Below, piece by piece: positions 44,123 to 55,909 of a DNA stretch of 64,000 bases. Where the stretch lies: assembly GCA_951406725.2 (NCBI GenBank), contig OX597830.1, positions 7,812,001 through 7,876,000 on the forward strand. Direction: 5' to 3'. The notes below the pieces were generated by a model that worked only from the letters and a program-made list of their open reading frames with translations, did not search any database and was not told the origin of the DNA. Position 1 is the first letter of the stretch, and each line of letters begins with the position of its first letter. A program made the position numbers and the translations under genes. This DNA comes from Octopus vulgaris. Lineage: Eukaryota.

Positions 44123-45598
44123 GAGGTGGAAATGAAAGAGCGACCAGAAGGAAGACAAAATGGTGGTGGAGAAAGAAAGTGAAAAATTGGAAAATTGTGC
44201 AAGAATGAGTTACAGAAGGAGGAAACAGTGTTGAAGACACCGGTTAATTCAGCGAAGGAGAACGATCCAGGAGAGCAACTGTACGAGGGTGAAATGGAGA
44301 AATTGTTCAGAGTGGAGATAGAAAAGGAAAAGGTACCAGAAATGGAAGTAGAAAAGAGAAAACCAAGAAGAGGGAAAAATGAACGGAGCTTCGTAATATA
44401 TGCAAAAAACAAAGAGACGGAAAGAAAAATTGTAAAATTTAAGCATATCATAAGAGTGAAGTTATCCACGGATATATATTCAGAAAATATAAAGGCCATT
44501 GTGGTCGACAAAGACACATACAAGAGACTAGAAGACATGTTCGGAAACAAGATTGACCCGCCCGGAGTGTTGGTGGAGTTCGATGAACTGCCACCCGTAG
44601 TTGAACTCAGAGACGTGGAGCTTTATATGAGGTATTAAAATGGGGGGAAAGAAAGAGTAAGTAAAATTGTTTTGTTGAAAGAAAAAAAAAAGGAAAAAGT
44701 AAAAGTGTTTCAATGGAAAAAAAAGGAAAAAGTAAAAGTGTTTCAATGGGAAAAAAAAGGAAAAAAAAGATGATTAAGAAAAAACAATAGAAAAATAGAA
44801 CGATTGTAAATAGTGTGTATAAACGTTCAAATGGTACTGCATGGGAATGGGGCCCATGCAGCCATATCATTTGTTCATTTGTATAACTTTTCATTGTCAT
44901 TCGTTTTATGTTTTATATCCCCATTGTGGTATTGTGTCTGTCCTTGTAGTGTCCCCCTCTGTATTGTGGCCGTGGTGCCAAATAAAGAAATCCCTGTCCT
45001 TTATTGGTAGTCGAGTTGCTTGTTGATAACGGAGTGTTTTTATCGCGAGATCGTTAAATATTGGTTTGTTTGTTACTGTTCGAATTGTTGGTATCGTAAA
45101 TTGTTATTTTATTTTTTTCCCCTTAAGGCAAAAATGGAGAAAACGCCAGCGGGCGACCACAGTTATGCGGCCGTAACTGGAAAAGGAACAGAAGAGGAAT
45201 CGTTGGAAATAATTGAAATTAAGGTTGAACCAAGAATAATGAAGGAATGTGAGAAGTTACTGGAGAAAGAGGAAGATACATTGAAGTTGACGCCACCTGC
45301 AGACCTGACAAACGGTCTAACGAGACGAACAGTTACATATGAAACAATGAAAATAGCAACGAGAAGGATAGAGATTGCGACAGTGGAGTAGGTCGAAGGG
45401 GTTTTGAAGGGCATTAAGGAGCTGACGACATGTATAACAGGAGGAGGGAAGTATACCACCGTGGGGGTGCGCTTTGCGACGGAGGAAGGGGCAATTAAAC
45501 ATGCAACGGAGGGAATAAGATCGGAGGAGTGGATACTTTTGCCGGAGGTGGAAATGAAAGATGCGACCAGAAGGAAGGAAGACAAAATGGTAGTACCT
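44123..45598 (+). mobile_element. Permuted ORF1-only retroelement (HAL1-like; ORF1 resembles L1/Tx1-clade ORF1)
   Basis: C-terminal ORF part 44123-44638, A-rich 3' UTR ending aataaagaaat (~44990), then 5' UTR and N-terminal ORF part from ATG 45134 (MEKTPAGDHSYAAVTG, one in-frame TAG at 45389). About 42-47 bp are duplicated at 44123 and 45545. Confidence 0.6.
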
Positions 45599-45829
45599 AT
45601 TTCTTTATTACCCTCAAGGGGCTAAACACAGAGGAAACAAACAAGGACAGACAGACGTATTTAGTCGATTATATCGACCCCAGAGCGTAACTGGTACTTA
45701 ATTTATCGACCCCGAAAGGATGAAAGGCAAAGTCGCCCTCGGCGGAATTTGAACTCAGAATGCAGCGGCGGACGAAATATCCCTAGGCAGTTCGCCCGGC
45801 ATGCTAACGTTTCTGCCAGCTCGCCGCCT
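45599..45829 (-). mobile_element. Nin/Deu-domain SINE, single unit, with 25-bp target-site duplication
   Basis: Flanks gaaggaagacaaaatggtagtacct (45574-45598) and gatggaagacaaaatcgtagtacct (45830-45854). Confidence 0.92.
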
Positions 45830-46309
45830 GATGGAAGACAAAATCGTAGTACCTCCTATTCATAGGTATTATCAAACGCGGATTTTACCTTATTTGTAAG
45901 ATGTAGTTATGTCTAATTTTCACCGAGGAAAGAAAAGATAAGTTAACATTCGTTTTATTTTCGTCTCTATTTATATTTCATTATTATTTCATATTAGTTT
46001 ATTCGCAATTCTTTATTCTTTATTCTTTATTCGTAATTTTTACTCGCATTTTTTTCTGTTTAAATTTTTTTTCCTTAAATGTTTAATATTCAGTTATTAT
46101 TTTTATTTGTTATTTGTATTTTTATTCATTTGTATTTATCAAGGAAGATTATATTGAAGATATAGCGTATCATGGTGGTATATTAGAGGTAGGGGTAGTG
46201 AAAAATGTTGAGGAACCCAGACCTGAACATTGTGAGTATGTTGACCCGACTAAGTATTGAAACTAGATACCTCATATATAATCAATACCTACGTACTTTC
46301 CTGAAAAAA

Positions 46310-46508
46310 AAAAACACGTGTTGTCTTATAAACGGTAAATACGGGATTCAGCATACATATAGTTAGTATGAGAGTTAATATTTTATGGAGTGGTTGGGTA
46401 TAAAATCTTTCAGTGTTGATTGAGTTGAAGGTGGTTCTGTCTTTCAAACTGCTTATATATATATACGAATTAAACATTGAGGGATGCTCATTTTTGTACA
46501 TCTAATTT
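46310..46508 (-). repeat. Right arm of the ~200-bp inverted repeat
   Basis: Reverse complement of 43720-43918 with scattered substitutions. Confidence 0.9.
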
Positions 46509-46625
46509 GAATGTAGTTATGTATGTATGTATGGATGTATGGATGTATTATGTAAGAATGTATGTATGTAGATCGCTAGCCACTAAACCTTTTTTTTAAT
46601 TTTCTCTCTGCTTATTTCTGTGTTC

Positions 46626-46661
46626 CTTTCTGTCGAAGAGCGTAGGCTCGAAACGTAAAAG
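46626..46661 (+). ncRNA. Minimal hammerhead-like motif (variant core) in a PLE-type repeat
   Basis: cttt-CTGTCGA-a-gagc-gtag-gctc-GAAAC-GTA-aaag. Confidence 0.55.
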
Positions 46662-47316
46662 ACTTTCTCACTTCCCGAGCGTTAACAAATACATTTACTT
46701 GTTCTTTACACACCCGTCTTCGTCTTTTGTTTTCTTGTTTTTGTAAATTCTCACTATATATGTATGCATGTCATTATTCAATTTATAGCAAAATAAGACA
46801 GTAAAAATACAAATGTATTTTTACTGTCCTGTTTTGCTTTTACTGTCCTGTTCTTGTTACCACTTTTACCCCTCCGCAAAAAATCCCAAATTTTATTTAA
46901 TTTGCTTTGCGGGAAGAACTGTTTCAACGAAGTCGTGTCTCGCCCTTACCTTCAAAACACGGAGTAGACGAAGCAGGGGAGGCTGAAGAAGGGGAACTTT
47001 CCTTGTGTTGCATGACCTGTACTCTGTTTTTCCGTTGTTTAAAAAGATGTCCGTTTCCATGGTTTTGTGTTCGACCTGCTTTTGGTGTCCTGTACCCATA
47101 TATGCATGTATATATACATATATATGTAGGTACGTACATATATGTATGTATATATGCATATGTTTTATTTATTATTTTGTTATTATATGATCGAACGCCA
47201 CGCATCCACTTCCTAGTAAGTTTTATATATATAAATACATATATATGCATTAATATCATTGTATATTTATATAAAAAAAACCAAGGCAGTGAAGATTTTA
47301 GAACATTTATAAATAG

Positions 47317-47360
47317 GTCTTACAGCTGTTTCCAGGATATTATATCCCTTCATCGGAGAC
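47317..47360 (-). ncRNA. Minimal hammerhead motif (U4C core) at the 3' end of a probable PLE remnant (47360-47640)
   Basis: Minus strand gtct-CCGATGA-agggatataatatcctg-GAAAC-agct-GTA-agac; palindromic ACAGCTGT. Confidence 0.65.
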
Positions 47361-48270
47361 GGTGTGAGAAAATGGTTAAGCAATAGTTAATTTAGATAAG
47401 ATACAAAATTGAGAGTGAAGTGGAGGAATGAAAATAGATGTGAGATATGCATGGATATTGCATTTGTATATCCATTATTTAAGCAGAATGGTATATATAT
47501 AAGATTCCAATACCTTGTGAGTAAAATCCAATAGTATAGAGTTTGTACACAGTGCTATTGAATCAAGGGTTTTATTTAAAGTGACCTAAAAGTAGGGAAT
47601 TTATTTGTAAGGTCAAATCTAAAACAGGAAGAGATGAATAAATAAAAGAATATATATATATATATACAAACACAAATATACACATACATGTATTTATATA
47701 CGCATATACATGTACAAGCGCGTGCGTGGTGCCTTGTATCATGGCCTGTGAAACCATAGTGACGCCAGGTTTGTTGGAGGTGGAATGGCGTGTGCTCCCT
47801 TCTCTCTAATTTTAGATTAATTTATGCCGAGTCCTTGCGAATACTAATTACCTACAACATAGCAAGTCCGTTTTTCACTGCTCCACTCTTTGTCTATCGC
47901 ACATGCAAGCAGATATACACACATACAGGCGTGCAAATATGCACATACACTAGTGTGACGCCATACACGGACACAAGGAGTCTTAGGCAACCAGACTTGT
48001 ATGTGTGTGCATGTGTGTGTGTGTGCGTTTGTGTATATAAGCATAAGTAAATGCATATATGTAGATACGGTGTGTATTTCTGTGTGTGTATTACATATAC
48101 AATATGATACACACAAACGTACACCTGTGTGTGCGTGTGTATGTGCGTGTGTGTATGCGTGTGTATTTGTGCGTGCGCGTGTGTGCGTGACTCCTAAACT
48201 TTTCCTTATAAAAGGTAGATGGAAACTTCCTTGGTAGATGGAAAATGAAAGAAGCTCGTTGTATTTTATA

Positions 48271-48312
<42 letters not shown>

Positions 48313-48325
48313 TATATGTATGTAT

Positions 48326-48535
48326 TTGTGTGTCTGTTTGTTACCACCTCACCCTCGCTTGACAACCGATGTTGGTGCGTTTACGTCTACGTAACTAAGC
48401 GGCTCAGTAAAAGTGAACGATGAAATAAGTACTAAGCTTACAAAGAATAAGTCCTGGGGTCTATTTGTTCGATTGACGGTGGTGCTCCAGCATGGGCGCA
48501 GTCAAACGTCTGAAACAAGTAAACAACTAAAAGAA
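48326..48535 (+). mobile_element. Type A SINE, 3' half
   Basis: Matches 6975-7170. Confidence 0.8.
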
Positions 48536-49672
48536 TATATCAATAAAAAAGAGAATGAAGAATTTGACCATTCAAACTTTGTTTATTTCCTGTTAGTTTA
48601 TCCATAATAATTGTCCGACACGTGTTTCGATCGCACTAACTGCATATTGTTGCATATTTATATGCAGCGATTTATGCATTATTTGTAACATCGGATAAGA
48701 TTTAAAGAAAGTTTACCAAAAAACGCACCATCTAAAGGAACTGACCTTGGAATTTTACGGAGAGAAATTCGGTATCTGCCTGAATATTATATCTCTCCTC
48801 TTAACATATATGTGTGTGTGTGTGCATCACAGTATCGACCAGACCATGCTGTAGTACATCGCTGGTCACAATCTCCAATTTTGCCTTGATTGAGCCATTC
48901 TCTCTCATCTTGACTCAAATTGCTCAACTATATCGCCTTCTCAAGTGGCCTTTCTCGATCTCTTGGTTACCCACTCGGCATCTGGAATTGATTCTCGAAG
49001 TACTTATAAAACTGTAAGTTGACTTCTTCGAGCCAAAGGTTTTTTGACCCAGTATTAACAAACTATTTATAGCTCTGTATGGTCTCCTAGAAGTAATTTT
49101 CTATTTATTCATGATATATTAAACATATATATTATTGATACGTTTGTACATACGTAGTCATGCAAGTGTATATACCTAACAGATATAATATGTGTGTGCA
49201 GTTACGTTCAAAACTGTAAAAGTCTAAAATATTTTGTATTTATTATAGAAGCATAAATCATTCTTTTTGGAACTATTAAATTATAGTCAACTCTGTTCTA
49301 GAATAGAGCAATCAATATTTTAGAAGTTGATATTTCATTCTTTACATTCCATATATAGTCAAGGAGTAAAGACGCCAGATCTTTTCCTCAGCAACTAAAT
49401 GTGTATATATGTTACGAGAATCTTTTTTAAAAGAATTTTCAGTTAAACTCATTTCTTCTGCGTTTTTTCATCGGCAAGTGGGACATTAGATCTATAAAAC
49501 AATGCTCTCAAAAAATATAAAGCTTTGAAAGGGTGCATATTAAGTTTTTTGCAAATGTATACAAAAGTAGCGTCTTTCGTATTTGTAAACGAAACATTTT
49601 CTTGGTTTTGCTGTTTTTGGAAGTATTGATGTATTTTTGTTAGTTCTTTTTCTGTCCAAACTTCCCTGAACG

Positions 49673-49729
<57 letters not shown>

Positions 49730-49833
49730 TAATCCAAACAAGAAAACACAGAAAAAAAGGTAAAAAAACACAGCAACGCGAGGACGTGGAACAATTAAAG
49801 TATTATTGACGCTCAGGAAAGAAGGGAAGGAGG

Positions 49834-49868
49834 GTTTAACGTTTCGAGCGGAGCTCTTCGTCGGAAAC
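49834..49868 (-). ncRNA. Minimal hammerhead motif (U4C core) in a PLE-type repeat (49725-49910)
   Basis: Minus strand gttt-CCGACGA-a-gagc-tcc-gctc-GAAAC-GTT-aaac. Confidence 0.65.
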
Positions 49869-49906
49869 AAGGAGAAGGAAAGATCCCAAGAAGGGAAGAC
49901 AGAGGG

Positions 49907-49967
<61 letters not shown>

Positions 49968-50224
49968 AAAAATTCTTGCGATATGTATGGTCTATAAGAG
50001 ATATTTAAACTGAAAGAGGTGACTTGAAGCACATAATCATTCGTTCTTACTTTATCATTCATCAATATTAGTGTTCATCTATATATTATACATTATTTCT
50101 TCGAACCCACTCTGTTTTAGTACATTATTATAACAAGGAGCTGTATGATTAAAGAATTTCTCATCAGAAGTCTAGTTGGGTACATGCTTATTAATGTCAT
50201 TAACTGTCTTTAAAGGTTATTGTG

Positions 50225-51095
50225 ATCAAGTTGGAGTTGTGGTGATGGTGTTGGGCGTGGTGGTGATGCTGCTGCTGCTGTTGGTGGCGTCGGAGTTATT
50301 GTTGGTGGTGTTGGGGGTGCTGGTGGTGTCGGCGGCGATAATATCGGTACTGTTTTTGATGGCGTTGTAATAGTGTTGGTGTCGGTGATGGTAATGGCTA
50401 GGAATTGAGCTGGTATGGGATAGTGAAAGTGCAAATAGTAGTAGTTTTAGTAGTAGTAGTAGTGTTGGTACTCATCGCCGTGGTGTTAGTGGTAGCGTTT
50501 TTTAGACAAATGGCGGTAATAGTAATCGTGATGTGATGACGGTGGTGTTAGTGGTGATGGCGATGGTGATAATGGGGGTGAATGTAATGTTGGTATTGGT
50601 GATGGTGATGATGATGTTTCCGGTGGTGCTGGTGTTTGTAGTGGTCATAATGGTAGTGATGATGCTGATAGTATGTCGGTGGAGGTGCTGGTGATGATGA
50701 TGATGATGGGGTGTTGTTGATGGTGGTGGTGGTGGTGGTGCTACCGTTAGTGGTGATGGTGGTTCTAGTCATTTTGTTAGTGATAGTAGAGGTGGTGGTG
50801 TTGGTGGTAGTAGTAGTAGTAACAGTGGTGGTAGTACTGGAGACGTTTGTAATGTATTGGTGTTTGAGTGGCTGTAGTGGTGGTAATGGTACCAGTGGTA
50901 GGGATGGAGGTGGTAGTGGTAGTCATGGTGATGGTGGTAATGGCAGAGGTTGTTGTTACTGGTGGTAAGGCTGATGCTGTTGGTGTTGGAGGTAAAGGTG
51001 TTAGTGGCGTGGTAGTGGCGGGGGTGGTGATATTGCTTGTATTAGTGGTAGTAGTGGTAGCAATAGTGGTATTAGTAATGGTATTAGTTACTGTT
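50225..51095. repeat. Degenerate (GGT/GAT/AGT)n low-complexity tract
   Basis: Directly visible. Confidence 0.9.
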
Positions 51096-51879
51096 GGTTC
51101 AAAATTGCGACTCACCATCATCGATTTTTTTTTCAACATGGCTTCAGAAACGATCCACCTGACAACACACCTGTGTTTTTTACCAACCGACTGTAGCTTC
51201 GTTAATTGACAGTTACCATGGTAACAGAGGTGTGCCGCTATCCGGAGGAAGGCCTCAGTCCATAAATGACAGGTAGCAGGTTCCGTCCCAACCAAGTAAT
51301 GGATACACTGCTATGAAATCCGGAAGTTAAGCGTTGACATATCGAAAAGTACGCATTATCACACACGCACACGCACACACACATACATACACGCATACAT
51401 GCTTACACGCAAACATGTACATACATACTCATGAATGTACACTCACAGACACACACACACACACACACGCACACACACACACACTCAGAAACGAACATAC
51501 GCATACACATATTTTAGAAGTATCGGATGTTCGTGGGCGAACATGCAAACGCATACACGTATGAATACACACACACACGCATGCACACACGTACACACAC
51601 ATACACGCACGTACACACACGCACGCACATACACGCACACATACACGCTCATTCACTCACTCACCATACACGTATCAGTATAAACGTGGGTGGAAACGCA
51701 TGCGTGTGTATACATGTGTGTGTGCGTAAAATATGTTTATTTATTCCTGTGTATATATATATATATACATTTTCATATATATATATAATACGTTTATATA
51801 TGCATACACCTACGCACACACAAATATCTATGTTTATATTTATGCGTGCTGAATCTATATATATAAATATGCATCATAG

Positions 51880-52725
51880 TCGAATGACTTAGAAAGCGGT
51901 TTCCTAAGCACGAGGTACCAGGTTCGATCCCATACTGCGTGGCATCTTCAGTAAATATAACCTTAGTTGACCCAAGCCATGGAAGTGAAATTATGGAGAT
52001 GGAAACTGCGTGAAAGCCCGCTGAATGCAACGTCCCTGTAATTTAAAAGTCCTGCTTATCAGAGACCGTCCCACGCTGATTACGCTTGAGAAGTACGTTC
52101 GGAGAACATTTGTCTGTGGAATACTCAATCATTTACACAATGAGTTAGTAGTTCGATCGATCGAACTCTTCTAGCAGTAAATACTTTTGAATTGTTTTCT
52201 TGTGTCTGAAGACGGTCCTCACTCTTTTCAACAGACGGATAAGGCTCTTCCCCCAAGTCGCATAGATTCATAATCTCTGTTTTCCCGGCTTCTCTGGTGC
52301 ACATATATCTCCACCACTCCTGGACGGGATTCTGGTCCGTCACAGGAATACTCGTTGAGGGGACCAGCGTGAAACGAAGTGTATTGCTCAGGAAAACAAC
52401 GTGTCCAGGAATCGAAGCCGCAATCTTAGGACCATGAGTCTAACACCCTAACCACTAAGCCACGCGCCTCTACTAATTGCAAATGCTTTTCAATTATTTC
52501 ATTTTATTTAAAATGGCGAACTAGCAGGATCGTCAGCGCGTCGGAAGAAATGCTTAGCTGCATTTCTTCCGGTTTTACGTCCTGAGTTCAAAGGCCGCCA
52601 GGGTTAACGTTACCTGTCATCCTTTAGGGCCGATAAAATAGATGTCAGTTGAGCACTGGGGTTGATGTAGCCGAGTTGCCCTCTCCCCCACAATCGCTGG
52701 CTTTATGCGAAAATTTGAAACCTAC
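51880..52725. mobile_element. Cluster of old SINEs: type A head + tail C (+, 51880-52170), head C + tail B (-, 52240-52470), Nin-type (+, 52514-52725)
   Basis: Degraded matches to the better copies elsewhere in the window. Confidence 0.65.
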
Positions 52726-52923
52726 TATTTCATTCTTCTTGTGTGTGAGGACGGCCCTTGCTCTCTTTTCAATGTTACGTTGCAGTTTCTAAAGACGTCA
52801 TACCTTCCATAATTGATAAGGCGAATGCGGCTGAAGAGCGCGACACCAAACAATTACGTACTTGTTCATTCTCAATCCGTTCTGGTAGACTCGAACGTAC
52901 ATAATAACATACATCCTCTAAAG

Positions 52924-53080
52924 TAGTGTTTCTCAACCGGGTCCTTATGAACCCTGAGGGTCCATATAATATTTTGAAGGGTCCACGAAGCCAAATAGTA
53001 AACTGGGGGACCGCAGTAGCATTTTAAATGTCAATGAAAAAATTGGTTTTGATGTGTTTATTGCAAGAAACAACCAGGAA
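52924..53080 (+). mobile_element. hAT-like MITE end fragment
   Basis: tagtgtttctcaacc terminus followed by gggtccat subterminal repeats; related to the reverse complement of 61110-61148. Confidence 0.45.
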
Positions 53081-53332
53081 TATGGAAGTTAGAGATCAAA
53101 TCCTGGTGGTAATAAGCAAACTACACCCAGAGGGACTTCCTGGTTATTCTTTTATTTTATTTTTTCTATTAGTGGTTTTAGTTATTTGATGGTGGCCATG
53201 CTGGAGCACCGCTAACTCACCTGGGAGCGGGGTGGCATCATTCGAAGGCTAAACCGATGGGAAGCGCGTTGTGACCACCGGTGTACAACAACATCCGCTA
53301 ATCTGGTCAATACTGTGAGATATATCTATCTA

Positions 53333-53404
<72 letters not shown>

Positions 53405-53955
53405 CATACATACATACATACATACATACATACATGTGTATGTTTCAGGGAGAAAAGGAGAGGGAAGAGTGTAAGAGAGAAAAGAGGAGGTAGTTGCTTT
53501 GTAGTGCGAGAGATGAAGACTAGACATATAGAAGAGAGAGAAAGAGGGAGAGAGAGTGAGAGAGAGAGATAGAGAATGCAGCAGTATTATGCGTTCGTTT
53601 ATATACATATACATGTGTGCGCGCGCACGTGTGTGTCGCACACGCGAAAGAAGTAAATGAAAACGTTAGAAAGGAAAAAATTTGCGTGTAGAAGTGTGAA
53701 AGGCGGTGTGTCGAAATGGAGTCTGAGAAATGATAGAATGGCCAAATGGATTGGGTTGGGATGCCGTAAAAAACGAGGAACTGAAGAAAGAAGAAAACGA
53801 AAATTACTAAGAATAGCTTTTAAAAAATAAATGACAAAAAAATGAATATCAAGAGAAAATTTTTTCTAAATAAAATGCACAAGCGGTTTACCAACACGCC
53901 ATTTTTTAGTGCGCTTGCATATATATATGTGTGTGTGTGTGTGTGAGTGTGTGCG

Positions 53956-54000
<45 letters not shown>

Positions 54001-54644
54001 ATGTGTGTGTGTGCACGCGCACGTTTCCTTTTTGGTCCTTAATTATTGCAGCTTCTAATTAGAAATATTCACTAACTTTGATGAAGAAATCCAATTGACT
54101 TTGAAGAAGACAATTTAGCTGGTCACGTGACATTAACCAATTTCTCTTGGAGTGTTTCTGGGATTTTAATTTAATTAGATGACAAAAATGTCAAGGGCGC
54201 AGGAAGTGTTGTGTGGGACCGAAACCGTGCTCACAGGTACGACTGGAACCATTCTCTGTGCCGTTTCTCTCTCTCTCTCTCTCTCTGTAACTCTCTATTT
54301 TCGTCTCTCAATATTTGCAGTACTGTTCTTAAACACTCTCTCTCTCTTTCCTTCTCACTCCCTCTTTCTCCCTCTCTCCCTCCCTCTCTCTCACTCTCTT
54401 TTCCACTCTATCTCTATCTCTCCCTCCCTGTCCTATCTCCTTTTGCATCTCTTACCCTCCAATGTATTTTCTCTCTGTCCCTATTGCTCCCATTCTCATT
54501 CCCTGTATCTCTCTCTTGCTCCCTTTCGCTTTCTCTCTGTTTTTCGCCTCTCTCTCTTTCTCTCTTTCTCTCTATCTTTCTCTCTTTCTCTCTTTCTCTC
54601 CCTCCCTATCGCTCCCATTCTCATTCTCTCTCTCTCTCTTTCTT

Positions 54645-54677
<33 letters not shown>

Positions 54678-55426
54678 TTATCTATCTCTCTCTCTCTCTT
54701 GCTACGTTTGTTTACTATGCAAAATTCTGGCACTCCTTATCCATTGATGATGATGATGATGATGATGACGATCGTCGTCATCATCACCATCGTCGTCGTC
54801 GTCTTCATCGTCGCCATCACTATAATTACGCTGCTAATTGTCCATACGCCGTGGAGCCTATGAACATCTCCATTGCCTGGGACAGTTTTTTACCCTTTTT
54901 TTCTCCCCCTTTTAAAACCTTTTCCCGTTTCTTTTAATCATCACTTCTAAGTCCCCACCGGAGCAACATCCTATTGCTGTTTTACTTTGCGCAATACATT
55001 AAAACCGCGGTCAGGCTTAATCAAAATCTCCAGAACTGCATCTTCCGTTTCCTTCAGGTTTCCACTGCATAACTTGTTATTGTTGTTGTTGATGGTTGTG
55101 TTGTTTTTCATGTTGATAATGACGATGACGACGATGAGGAGGATGAGGATTAGCACAACAAAATGTACGACAACAAATGTTGGATGTACATGATTTGTTG
55201 AGAAGTTTACACAACTACTAAAACGGAAGTTCTTAGTGTTAGGTGATGTGACCATTGCGGTAATGGTTGAGAACAGCTGTACAACAAAACTTGTCATCTG
55301 TATATTTCTGTGATTTTAAGGATTTCGGCGTTAAGAAATTGTAATTTAAGAAAGATCTAGTCTCGCAGGGCATTTTATCTATGGCCCTAAAGCACGCTGG
55401 AGTAATGCTGTGGGTTTGCTTGTTCA

Positions 55427-55463
<37 letters not shown>

Positions 55464-55602
55464 GAGAGAGAGAGAGTAACAGAAAGGGAGGAATTTCGAT
55501 TATCCCCACGTGGGGAGTTGTAATATATATGAGAAATCAAAGAAGGAAAATGCACACACTTTACAAAGTTTTAATATAATTTTTGATATATGTTATATTG
55601 TT

Positions 55603-55635
55603 TGTCGACCGGTTTCGCGTTCGCTAATCATGACA
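55603..55635 (-). ncRNA. Minimal hammerhead ribozyme motif with A3-U8 core
   Basis: Minus strand tgtc-ATGATTA-gcgaacgc-GAAAC-cg-GTC-gaca, about 275 nt downstream of the GIY-YIG stop codon. Confidence 0.7.
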
Positions 55636-55909
55636 TTAAGATATATTTAAATAGGTATTTTCTTAAGAAAAGAAGTGTGTCCATTTTGTGTGTGGAGTTT
55701 GTGAATGAATGATTCAACAACTAGAAAAATCTAAGGAGAGGTAATTTGTTATCGTTATTATTGAGGACAGGGGAGATAACTATTCCTCTTTCGGTAGGGC
55801 GTGGAATATATATACACTCAAAAATTCAAAAACTAGAGTAGTGGGGAGAAATATGTATAATGATGAGTATGTAATCGGGAATTTAAATATGTATAGAGAC
55901 CAAAGTTGG

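Noticed and set aside
46880-47100. Repeat-like block with CTGAAGA
   Set aside because: No correctly placed GAAAC; could not build a ribozyme fold or classify it.
48612-48696. Minus-strand GAAAC-ACGT-GTC with palindromic stem III
   Set aside because: The upstream core box is too degraded to assign; possibly a dead hammerhead.
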